A stretch of 64,000 nt of DNA from Tubulanus polymorphus (taxonomy: Eukaryota; Animalia; Nemertea): assembly GCF_964204645.1 (NCBI RefSeq), contig NC_134025.1:248001-312000 (forward strand), written 5' to 3'. Below the pieces are notes generated by a model. The model was not told where the DNA came from. It did no database searches and worked only from the letters and a program-made list of their open reading frames with translations. Shown piece after piece: positions 1-12,321 of this stretch. The first letter of the stretch is position 1. Each line of letters begins with the position of its first letter. A program made the position numbers and the translations under genes.

Positions 1-996
1 CACTCTCTCCACTCTCCCATACTTGAGTGAAATGTCGCACCCAAAACTGAAGAGTTTGAGATGTTTCAAGTATGTACTAGTGGGATACTGGTGATGAGGT
101 CTGACGCCTATATATCAAATAAAAAATGAAATTCCTTCCCGCCGATAGGGGCTTTATTGTCTTATTTCCATAACGTGAAATATATTTCTATATTTGAGAG
201 GCATCATTCGAAGAAATGAGAATTTCAATAAAGTTTAAAAAGCCCTGGGCGGGGTAGGGGTATGCTGCACCGAATTATATAGATTTGTTATCTTAAAACA
301 CTTAAAATTACAGAATTCTCTCCTTATGGGAAATACCCAACCGGAATAGTATCCCACATTTATATAAATGCTATCAATATCTGATGATTTATTTGACAAA
401 ACGTTGAATGGTCCATTTTTTCTTATCGGCCATAAAGATTTTTTGTAGGGCAGAGTTGTCTAACCTGTCTGAGGAGTGCCTAGGCGGGAATGTGGTCAGG
501 GTAGAAATATAGAAAATCCTGCGCTGAATAATTCTATAAGATTGATGCAGGCGTCACATCAGCGGCCGACACAGCATGGTTTAGCTTTAAGACCATCTTC
601 GTTCTCAAGTGACGACCACGAGGCCCTGGTTTATAGTATCACAGCTGTGGATGTATGACACAGCTGATTGTAGACGTCACCCAGTGATGAAACACTCTGC
701 GTCTGGTTTGATATAAAAACCCTGCACACTAAGAATGAAAATATAGTCCGAAATGTTTCCTTTAGTTAGTAATAAGCATTTTATTCAACGTTTCTACTTC
801 ATTTTGCGGAACAAATAATTTACTCCAGTCAGTTTCCGACGAGGAGTTGAATGAATGTTATTTTCAGATTCGATTCTAACATTTTGATCACTTGTTGAAA
901 TCGATGTTGAGTAAGATGATGAAATTGGGTCGACGGGTTATTTTCTATGAGACATGCTTTGGTTTATGGAGAGTCAGTGTCCTGGGTAGATGTGTG

Positions 997-1103
997 TGGC
1001 ACGCGAGACTCGCGCGAGTTGGAAGGCGTGGTCTGGGCTCCTCTTCTGTCAACCATTGTGTGATGAACCCGCGAAATTTGGTCACCTCGAGAGGGGTATA
1101 AAA
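997..1103 (+). promoter_or_regulatory. Proximal promoter of the achaete-scute gene: class C bHLH-repressor (Hairy/E(spl)/HES) site and TATA box
   Basis: TGGCACGCGA at 997-1006 and TATAAAA at 1097-1103, 72 bp before the ATG. Further upstream are the N-box CACGAG at 617-622 and E-boxes CAGCTG at 642-647 and 661-666. Confidence 0.65.
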
Positions 1104-1174
1104 ACGTCTTTACATCACGGCATCAATACAGAGTGTTGTATAGACGGGTAGACACACACACAGACACACAAGTC

Positions 1175-1909
1175 ATGGATGAACACAATCTGGATTTAGA
1201 AACAACTGAAATTAAACTGGAACATTTCGAGGACGATTCGGACGTTAAAGATTTCGATGAAATAGATTTGTTGAATTCCACGTCGAAAAAAGAGAACAAT
1301 AATAAATCGTTAAAGAAATTGAGTCAGAAATCTAGCGGTATCGCCGTAGCGCGGCGAAATGAGCGAGAGCGAAACCGCGTTAAACATATAAACAGGACAT
1401 TCGGAATTCTCAGGCAACATATTCCGAATATGAAACCGACTAAAAAACTGAGTAAAGTTGATACATTGAGGTGCGCGTCGCAGTATATCCGTAGTTTACA
1501 ACAGTTAATATCTGAGCACGATCGACTGGCGCTGAGAATGCATCAACCGAATCAATGTTATCATCGTTCAGGCCTTCATCATCATCATCATCAACAACAG
1601 CAGCAGCAGCAATCTAATCTATTCATGTACAATACTGATACTCGTCAGTCTCATCATTTATATCATCCTCATCATCCTCATCATCATCATCAGCAGCAGC
1701 AGCAGCACCGTCCTCATTTACGGATACCTATCCAGCCTCCTGTTCACATGGTTACCTCATCATCTCCATCCTCACCGAACACGTCAGTTATGAGTGCAGC
1801 ATCTCCCGGTTACAGCTCCGACTCGTCGTGGGACGGTTTATCAGTAGCAGAGAGAGAGGAAACAGAGTTTATACCTAGAATATCCCCGACTGAATCTGTC
1901 TGGTCCTGA
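1175..1909 (+). CDS. ASCL1: Achaete-scute family (ASCa/ASCL1-like) proneural bHLH transcription factor, 244 aa, single coding exon
   Basis: b[31 protein letters not shown]...[23 protein letters not shown] is diagnostic of achaete-scute proteins. First ATG is at 1175 (the ORF track starts at an upstream GTG). His/Gln tracts, a Ser/Pro-rich region and an acidic tail ending in W-S follow. The symbol denotes the family; the exact paralog is unresolved. Confidence 0.9.
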   Translation: MDEHNLDLETTEIKLEHFEDDSDVKDFDEIDLLNSTSKKENNNKSLKKLSQKSSGIAVARRNERERNRVKHINRTFGILRQHIPNMKPTKKLSKVDTLRCASQYIRSLQQLISEHDRLALRMHQPNQCYHRSGLHHHHHQQQQQQQSNLFMYNTDTRQSHHLYHPHHPHHHHQQQQQHRPHLRIPIQPPVHMVTSSSPSSPNTSVMSAASPGYSSDSSWDGLSVAEREETEFIPRISPTESVWS

Positions 1910-4799
1910 ATCGATCCTGGTAAGTTTTAATTGTTTTATTGCACAGTTCTTCTTCATTGGAAATGAATTGATTCTAACTCAAATAGAGAATGATAGAAGA
2001 ATAGTGGAACTGTGTCCTTAAATGTGGAACTCTGTCCTGAACTGTGTCCTTAAATGTGGAAATGTGGAACTGGGACCTGAATAGAACTACTGAGAGGTTT
2101 TACAACTTCATAACTTTATATTGAAAACATATTATCGTTGATCACAAATCGTTTCATGGTAGATTTAACATTTCACCAAATGGATCGATTGTACACAAGT
2201 TTTGCCAAGTCGTGACTTAAAATCCAAATGGTCTTGAAACAAGTTTTATTTAATTGGCTATAGATGGTCTCGGTCTTAAGTGGGATTTAGTCAAATGGAT
2301 CAAATAGATCTAAGTCACAATTGTAAAACTAGGCCCAGGGACTTAATTAAAATCTTAGCTTGACGGTGTAATCAAATTGTCTATAGAACTAAAATGAGAC
2401 ACGTCTTAAATCTAAGCGATGACTGGTGCCTTTGAATTCGATGTATATTTTCAAAATCCTAAAAACGGAAATATGAAACCGAATACTTTATGGTTTCACA
2501 CCAAATTCAAACCGGTGATATTGCATTGATGGCGGTGTATATAATAGCGATAATGAGCCTCGATTGACAATCAGTGTCTGTGAATGCTGTTAATTACACA
2601 GCGTATCTTCATCGTAGGTAAACATCTTAAAACTTGGCAAATAATTCGAACATACAAATTAGAAGCCTAACCTCATCCATACGGATATATATATATCTAT
2701 AGATGCCGTTAGGAAGCGGACATAAACCAGAAGTTTGTTGGGTTTATTGTGAGTATTGAAGTTCGTGTGTATTGAACAATTACTATCATAAAGCATTGTT
2801 AAAATAGAGGGTTGAGGAGGAGAGGAAGCTGCGCATCTCAGACAGTAGCACAGGCGTCAGTTTGTATTCAAAATTCAAAATATGCGTCATAAATAAATAA
2901 ACATCACGTGTCGCCTTATAATTAACAGTTTTCATTATTGCGTGACAAAAAAAATCAACGCATCGGTGATGACGTCACGACGTAACGTACGGGTCTTTAA
3001 TCACGTGACATACCCGAAACTAATCAGATTTAAAGATCGGATTATCGATAAATGTCTATCAGCCGGACTCATCTTAAAAATAAATCGATATTCATGATGT
3101 TTACGTCATTGGACGTAACGTAATAAAGTCGTGTTCCGGCTTCACTACAGTCGACCCTCGACCTGCGGGGGTTGAAATTAAATTCATAAATAAATGTCAC
3201 TACAATAAATAGGACGGCGTTATCAAAGACGCATTAACTCTGAATTGATGTCTATATCTGATGAATGGCGCATTAGGGACCCTAATTATCAGTAGGGGGC
3301 ACCAGTGATCAGGGTACGGTTTAAACCCTACGGCTTCTAATCGTGCTGGTTTGCTGTCGGTGGGTGAGCTGTCTACCTGCTGTCTGCATGCTGTCTGTAT
3401 GTTGCCTGCCTGCTTTTGCTGGTGGATTTCATGATTTCTATTTTGCCGAAAGCAACGAAAATCCAAACTCAAATCCTTCCCTTTATTACAAACAGTGGTG
3501 TGTTATTTGTAAGAATCATAAGTGTATTTCACACTTTAATAAGAATTCTTTAGTAAATCGAAGTGCAATTCGTTTCCAATGCATTAAACTTTGACAATTA
3601 CAAGTTGAAATAGCGTTAAAATTAGCAGAATCATTAACTGGAGATTATATCCGCTTGGATTGTTGATATCTATACTTCCTGAGTTTAAAGTCCATCTTAA
3701 ATATCAACACTCAACATACAGATTAAAATTCTGAGATTTATAATGTACGTATCTGGGAGGCAGTTGCTACGGATCCCATCAGTGAGTTAGCTAAAATGAT
3801 TCATCTTTGCGACTGTAGATAAGCCTCGACATTGAGAACCAGCGACATAAAAGGTCAAAATAAGTTTTAGTAAAGTTGACTCCTTGGAGCAGTTTACCCC
3901 GAGTTGACCGGTACAGTGTATAAGATATACAGTCTTCTCCCAGTTTCAAAGATCACTTCAGCCAACCCTACCACATTTCACCAAGAAGGCAATAAATGTG
4001 TGATTATGTAACCTACGACAAATCGGTTCAGAATCTTTTTGATTTTGTTTATTCGTGAAAACTAATGTATTTATTACCGCTGCGATATGTGATGTGCTAC
4101 ATCACGTTCTCGTGCTATAAATCCACAATATAGATTACCAACATCCTTCAAACACGATCTAATCAAATCATCCTCGGCAAAATGACCTTCCATATATACG
4201 ACAATGTTTTAATTGTGACGCCGCGCATCGGAGGAAACCTTTTGTCGAAAACTCTTCTTCAAAAAGATTAATAAATAGAGCATTTAACGGAAGTAGGTCA
4301 AAAGCTCTCTGAGATTCCACATAACAACAAGACAAACATAAAAAAATCGTTTAAAAAGTGAATCCATTGAACGCTCAACCGTGACCTTGAGGTCGACCTT
4401 TTTTACACCACAGTTCGTGTTGGAACACACTATAATCATATCTCGCACAGAATACGCCTGTTTATATAGGCTGTTATTTTTTTTTCAATATTGTCGAATT
4501 AGTTTCCACATTTACTTTAGTCACTGGAACTGGAGTTCAATTAACCCGCTAAGACACGTCATTTTCAACCGAATGCTTGAAATTGAGAAAGTTAAGGAAT
4601 TTTGTGCAATGTTTAATCGGCTTATTGCACTTCTGTACAATATTTGCATCTGACGTCATCAATTTCTTTGTCACTATTTCTTAATGTTAAGTTTTGATTT
4701 GTATATTTTCAGGTGAATGATAAATATTGATAAATTCGTCCATTTATTGCTGGAAATAGAGCGATTTCTGAGGCCAATGGAGACGAGATGGAATCCGAC

Positions 4800-4890
4800 A
4801 ACCATGAGAACCATGAGAGCCAAGAGAACCATGAGAGCCAAGAGAACCATGAGAGCCAAGAGAACCATGAGAGCCAAGAGAACCAAGAGC
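4800..4890. repeat. 18-bp minisatellite (GAGAACCATGAGAGCCAA)n
   Basis: About 5 tandem copies; explains the MVLLAL repeat ORF. Confidence 0.85.
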
Positions 4891-7800
4891 TGAAATAAAA
4901 GATTTCTACTAGATTATACCGCTATAAGAAGAGACGAGATGAGATGAACTACAGTCTTTTCAATGTTATGGGAATTTTAAATTCTCTATAGATTTAAGTA
5001 TTTATTGAAGCTTGGGAATTTCCGCCCGAATCGACTCCTCTTCTCTGTCTCTGTCTCTCTCTCTCTCTCTAAATTACCTCTTCAAATATTTTCAAGTTTT
5101 CACGTGTCTTGAAGAAGATGAGCTGGTTGTGAAACTAGTCGGTTTTATGTGTGACTATTGTCCACGAACTGACGCCAATATTTAACATTCTATACATTAC
5201 AATAAACACTTGTGTTCGAATTGAAATGACAGTGCACGGATTACTCGAGGCATCAACGTCACTCACAGGAAATTATTACCCGTCAAATTCTCATTATAAA
5301 TAGTTTTGAGAAGCGTGTGAGATTAGAGTCAAATTAGTCTTAAATATTAACCAGTGGCTCAATCGTGACTTCGATTTAAAACCGGGCTAAGACTATCTTA
5401 TAGTTGTAACCAATATCAACAAGAACAGTCTTAAGATTTCACGGCTCTCTTTGGCAAAGTCCTGGACTGTTGTTGAATTAGACTGTAGGGAGGTTGGTAT
5501 AGAGTTCCGGGCTCCTTTTTCATAATTATCGGTTAATTCTTTTGTAAACTCCTCTTGGGTCATATTTTAACTCGCATGCATTTGTTAAATGGGGTCCTCC
5601 TGATCGAGGAGCCATTGGAGATCATATATTTTGAGCTGTTGTTAGAACAACGATATTTGAAATCGTGTGAAATCAAACCCTTGATGGTTTATAATTTTAA
5701 TTAAATATGGAGTATGTAACTAGACACCTGTGGCAGGTGAGGGTCCGCTAAATAGTAATTATCAATGCCACATGTTATTGTAATAGGTCACTATTCACTT
5801 ATTCCCAGTTTTCAAGTGTTTATATAAATCATCATTCCATATTTCTGTTGAAAAGGCGTATGAAATTTGAGATATCAATTGCCAATTTTGAGATTTCAAA
5901 GTGAATTTGATTTCGAAAAAACAACATATGAAACTCCGGGAGTTGAGTAAGTGATAATGTGGATGAGATGAAGTTGGTGGTTGATGATGTTGATGATGAT
6001 GATGATGATGACCACCTGTCGAGTGGAGTCTGACTTGTACTTTAACAAACTCCAGAACCACACACACACACACGACACTGAGCTATTACTATTGTATTCC
6101 ATAATAAAAGACTCATCCTACAACAAATTACAGCTAAGTACTTGTCCATTTGCCGTCCAATTTCACGAAATGGTTCCCAATGTCAACCGCGAACAACCGT
6201 TTCAATTGTTGATAGACAAACGGATTCAAATTTCATACGAATGTCATCAATTTCCTATTTAAAGACTTTAATTTAACTGGACAGATTTTCAATTGAGCGC
6301 TAAGAGTGGCTTTTTATTCGGTTTGAACTTTACTGTTCTGGGTCTCGTGTGATATAAAACACGATTATTTACTTTTATTCATAAAATGTGAAAATTTTAA
6401 ATGTGATATTTTAAAAACCCATAATAACAGGAAACTCAACCAGCAAATTACAGACAGACTATCATCATCTTCATCTCAATGTTTATACGAGTGTTCGTGA
6501 AGGGAGAGGGGCGAGATAGGGGGTGAAAGGGGGTGCGAGGGGGCGTACTTAAAACTGCTGTGCTATTTGATAAGATGTAAATAAAGTATACTTAATGTAA
6601 ATATTATATATTGTATATAATACGTATCGATTAGTGAGATTTGAGTATGATAATATTTTCTATGTATTTTTATACCGGTACACTCTTAGTCAATATTTTA
6701 TAAATAAAATACGAATCGACGATAATTGAACCTGAGTTTTCTGCGTCGTAATTTTCTTCTGCATTATTTATGAATTCATGGCTGATTGGAATATTTCTGG
6801 AGGAGGATCTCAGACAGATATTCTCCAGTTTAACTGATGGAAATCAAAGTTAGAAAACAAGAATTTCAGCCACAGCGACTTTCGACATCAGACTCCGAGG
6901 TTAGAGTTAAGATTTGTTCCAAAGAACTGAACTGGATTCTCAGCGGGAGGTGGACGAGGAATTACTCGCACCTCGTAGGAAGGTGGTTGTGGATACATCC
7001 ACCTGAGGATTGGGTGGATGGAGTGGAATGATTTTGGTTTCTGTAAAACACGTGACGCAAATATATCTTTTTCCTTTCAAACTCACGAATATTTGAATTT
7101 TCAGCCACTGATAAGGAATAAAGGCTTAACTTATTCCAAAACAGGAGGGTGGGTTTCACTCGAACCCGTATGAACACTGCTCAAACCATATGTAATTATA
7201 TTTTATGGACAGTTCAGCCCAATTAAAGAAACATCGATTTTGTTTGTTTTTCTTATACATGTATATCTTTGTAAAAATATTAATGCCAAGAAAATTGTAT
7301 AAAATTCCTTATGAAATTTATTTTGAAATTCAAATAACTCAATTCTATTGGATCAGAGTCTATAGAGAGATGCAACAGTTTGAATGTGGTGGTTGATTGA
7401 TACTTGGTGGTTACTTCACGGATAAAGTTACAATAAAGTGTCAATTTTACGAACAGATGGTTGGACAAAGATGGCGAGCCCGAACAAACGGTCAGACAGT
7501 AGCTTCATAACAATATTTACTCGTTAAATAAAACGAACATTTCATGGGCAGGCGACAAAACAGGGATCGAATTGCGACCAGGAAATTGTACTTTTGGGTA
7601 GTTTTTGACTCCACCACGTAATGTTACGTGTAAACGTGTGGAGCGGATTAGGGCGGATTTAGATTATAAGGTTTAATACAATAGGAGGTTAATCCCGAAC
7701 CTGATGTCAGCCTCACTTAACCTGGAATTATAGCACACTTCACTAGAATTAAAAATCGTAATGATTTCTTTAAATTTACGCAATTAACAAAAAGTTCATT

Positions 7801-10800
7801 ATGATAGAATTGTGTGTCGAGTGTTCGGTGCGAAAAGTCACTCTCATTACAACTAATGGCCGCTCTGAATGCCACTTCCGCCGCGGCTAGTTTTTGTGTG
7901 TATTACGTCACTGTAATCGTCTCTCATTTCTTTTTAATGACGTCACTCTCATCATGAATTAAAGTGAATCATAATTCTCTATAATTGACTGTGAAAAGCT
8001 ACATCGTAAATAGAATCGGACGATAGAAATTTCGGAATCCCCTCCTCTCCAGTTTGACAATAGAACGAGGCAGGCTTAAGCTAAACACATGACCACACAA
8101 CAAGTTGATTTTGATGCCACCAGAACCCACCGGACCCTACCAGACCCCACCGGACCCCACCAGACCCCACCGGACCCTACCAGACCCCAACGGACCAACA
8201 GCAATCAGCTAAAAACTGAATACATTCATTTTCAGATTCGCAATAACATACAATTTTAAGATACGGTATCTCTTCGATGACCGGTTCCACAGTTGTGAGT
8301 TGATTGGGGTTAACTTAGTTCATTTTCATTGATTTTCCCCGATTTAACTATGAAATTGAGTCCAGTAGGCTAATTCTCTAGTCAAAAATGTATAGTATCA
8401 GTATAAACATACTTTTACACAAATATAAAATTCAAAATTTAATTTTGTCTTAAAATAGAGTACAGAAGCCTACTATGGATCCAGCAATCCCCTTGGAAAA
8501 AATTAGATCAATTCAAGCTGGCTGATTAGAGATACAAGGTCGAAAGATGACCATATGGCTCCACAATAACCGGGCGGGCAAAGATGAAACAAGTTCCAAA
8601 CATCCAAACCACAAATATCCACGATATTGTGTGCATTATGCGGGCTTCATAACTTTTATATAATAACTTTATTAAAATCTGCCCCCTGAGTTAAAACTAT
8701 ACAAAACAGAATGGATTTAGAAGCCATAGAGAGCCTGCGGAAAGGTTTATACAGGCGGTCTAAGATAAAGGCAGGATTTGGTAGGATTCGGGTATCCTGG
8801 CCACCCATATGCTTAAAACTATTTAACCATCTAAATTTCTATTCACAATTTCACGGACGTCAATTTAACTATTAGTTTATCATAGGGTCAAACCCCCTAC
8901 CCCGGAACCAGAAAGTATCGGGCTTAAGATGTTGAAAAACCAGCATCATGACAGTTGCGTGTTCCGGCCATAATTTCTTAAGAATTTGAAATTTCAAATT
9001 TAACAGCTTTTAACGCCTGAACATTCCTGTGGGAATCAAACTGTTATCAGATCTATTACAATCTTTAATAACAACTGAATGAAAAATTAAGTGGTCATTT
9101 ATTGTGTAACAGACTGTAGGATGAAGAGTACTCGACGATTTTAAACCTCTCGAATATTTCTTAAATAAATCTGTAAATTTTTCCCGAGGCTAAAATCCGA
9201 CGATGATTTGGAGAGATCTTATCCGACAGATGCGCATCTGTTGGATAATTGTGTATTAAGTAATATGTTCAGATTTAAGTAGTTTTAAGACGTTAGTTCA
9301 GATCTCCCCTCCCTCTCTCTCTCTCTCTTCCTGTTGTTGTTATGATGGAGTATTTTAAACGGAAGAATACCAGACACCGGAAATTGTTCTGCTGTTATTA
9401 GAATAATTTTTGGATTAAGTAAGATTTGTGTAATTGCAGGTGACGTCAGAAGACAGTCTGCCGATGGGGAGTTTGTTTATAGACAGTGTACACGGGAGGC
9501 ATAGATCACAAAGTGTCAGAAATCAATCCTAGTCTTTGATATAGAACTATTTCAGCGTGAAATCCGCTGAATAACAGTTAGAGTTATATAACACATAGAA
9601 TGAGACTGAACGCGAATTAGGAATGACAATACGTGAAATGCGATTAACCGTAAAAACCACAAACAATATTTCAAACATCATTTTCAACTTAATAAAACTG
9701 CACCCTGAGTCCGTGTTGTAATGGCCCCATAATATTCCAGGAAAATAACTGCGTGACATGTAGTCAAAACGTCCAATGAATAAATCATTATAAAACATTT
9801 TCGGACTCGTTTATTTTACCTGGATGTGGGCTTTTTCTATAGAATTTCCGAAAACTCAAGAGCATCGGGGGAGGGGGGCATCCACGCGATTTTAAATTTC
9901 AAATTATCTATCATATATAGAAAACACACACGAATGTCACGAATTACAATTCTGGCTAATTAATATTTTCTTGAAGGAGATTGTGACAATAGATAGTTAC
10001 TCAGCGGGGGGTGAAGTGTCGAGTTAGACCTCGGTAACGTCACTCACCCATATCAAATAGCCGCCATCACCGCTAAAGTTCTTCCCGGTGGAATAAATCG
10101 ACCTATTGTTTCATTCGATGTTTTTTATGGGAAAGGCATCGAAATGGCACCTCAAGTCGGAGAGGTGTCTAATGAACCCAGAATGTGTTAGATTAGTCGG
10201 TTAGCTGCCCTCCCATTGAGCTAGTCTCACTAGCCTCATAGAAACCAGATTGAGAAAAACGCTCAAACAATGGTTTAATTATTTAGAGAAAGGTTCATCA
10301 AGAGACATTCACGGAATTCTCGAATTTTGAGAACATCGAAATATAAATGATAGATTACAATGAAATTCAAGCAGAAAACGTTGACGATTATGTTAATGAC
10401 TGATCATCACAATGATTATTTACACTTAGTAAATTAAATCAAAAATACAAATATGGACTCAAAAATAGAGATGACTTCATTAATGTGACGACTTATCCAA
10501 ATAACGACTTACACTTTGTAGTAAATTGAATCAGAAATACAAATTGAGATACTATAACCGAGATAGTCAGTAGATTATTATTTTAATGATATATTTTTCC
10601 ATTCATTTCATTGAATATGAATTATACGATCTCACGGTGGGGGAGGGGTTAGGGGTTAGGGGTGAATTATTAGAAATATCAATATGAAATATTGTACTTT
10701 ATGCTTTATAAATATGAATAAACATCAGACATCTTAATCCTCATCTTAATCTGTCGTTAATCGCAGTCTAGATCTTCCCTAATTATACCTTCATGTAAGA

Positions 10801-12321
10801 TTATTTAATACAATATGGAAAGGGGTTGTTTTGTAGTTTCCTCGCCAGATGGTTTCGTGTGCGTTTTAATTATCGCGAGGAGTCGGGGGTCAATTTGTGA
10901 TTTGTCACGTAATTAAGAAGACCTCACCACGCACCTGCCTGACACCAGCAGCAGCAGCGGCCTCTTTACTAATCACCTACCTCACATACAGTATATACCT
11001 GATATTTGCTTGATGAAATACTGAGGTTAAAGAGTTTTAAATTTTAAGTTTCCCTTATTGAAATACCGCCAATGATTGATTCACCCGGTCGTGTCGTGGA
11101 AGATGGTTGTATTCACCTTGGTCGCTCGACGATCCTAGAGACCCCGGTACCCAACAACATCACATTAAGGTTTTTTGTGAAAGGATTGAGAAACTTAGCA
11201 AAGTTTACAAACTTCCAAAGGGAAATGCGGTTCACATTGTCTTAGAATCTTGAAAATACAGAAATTTCCACTGTTTTTCTGCATAGAACTTCGTCATAGT
11301 TCGATGGATTCTGGTTGGATCATCCTCGCTTGCCAGGAATAGTAGAAACCACTAGAAGAAAAAAGCGTGAGAAAAACCGAATTCCCCAAATCATCCATAT
11401 ATGGACATGGCATGAAGCCTCGTTGTGGGTGAAGTGTTTGATAAATACGGCCGGCTGGACCGGAAGTTCGTGTGTTCCTCTACCTATAGTCGTTTCATAT
11501 TTGTGTAAACAATTTTATTTGTGAGACTCGTAATTAGAATAACATTTATAATGGCTTCTATTTCAACACGGTCCGTCGTCTACCAGTCTGATATCAGGTT
11601 TCACTGAGAGATGCGGGATTGGAATAACAATTTCAAATTTGTTTTCAAACCAAACGAACTGCAAAGTGCATCACTCCCAGCTAGACCCAACTGATTCTAA
11701 TAAAATTTCTCGTTTTTGCTGTTTTTATTGTGGGATTTCTAGCGTTTAAAATTAGTCTCTGTTTCTGGGATGTGTATCTGTGTTTTGACAGGCTCAAAAT
11801 AGAATCCGAAAACCGTTCTTTTTAACTTGCGAACTAATGTCGCGTTGATCGAAGGTCGCTTCTGACGTGTCGTGCACACATTCGCCATCTGTCGGATATG
11901 CGAATAAATACACAAATACGCCAGCAGTCAAACAGACGATAATGAAGTGACAAGCGACGTGTGACACTCCGTCATCATCATTCCCGCAAATCACAACCAA
12001 AACAAAAATATATTAATGAGAAACTATTCGTTTATTTCTAGCGATTCCGTGAAGTATCGTAAAAACCAACCGATCGCTTTTACACATAGTAACCATAGCA
12101 ACAGAATAGAATACACACACAATTTATACTGAATGTTTCACATTTCACTGTCAGTTCAGTGAGATCTACCATTTCAGAGGAGCAAGGCAGAAAAACTCTG
12201 GTATCGCTGCTTGGCAGCTATATTTACATTACAGCCTTCATGGTGCGAGCATGAGGTTAATCCAGAAGGGTTTGAACGACATAAAAACAAACACAAACAA
12301 ATTATTACATGAGACACAAGT

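Noticed and set aside
10640-10663. Telomere-like TTAGGG(G) repeats
   Set aside because: Only 2-3 imperfect units, internal; not a telomere.
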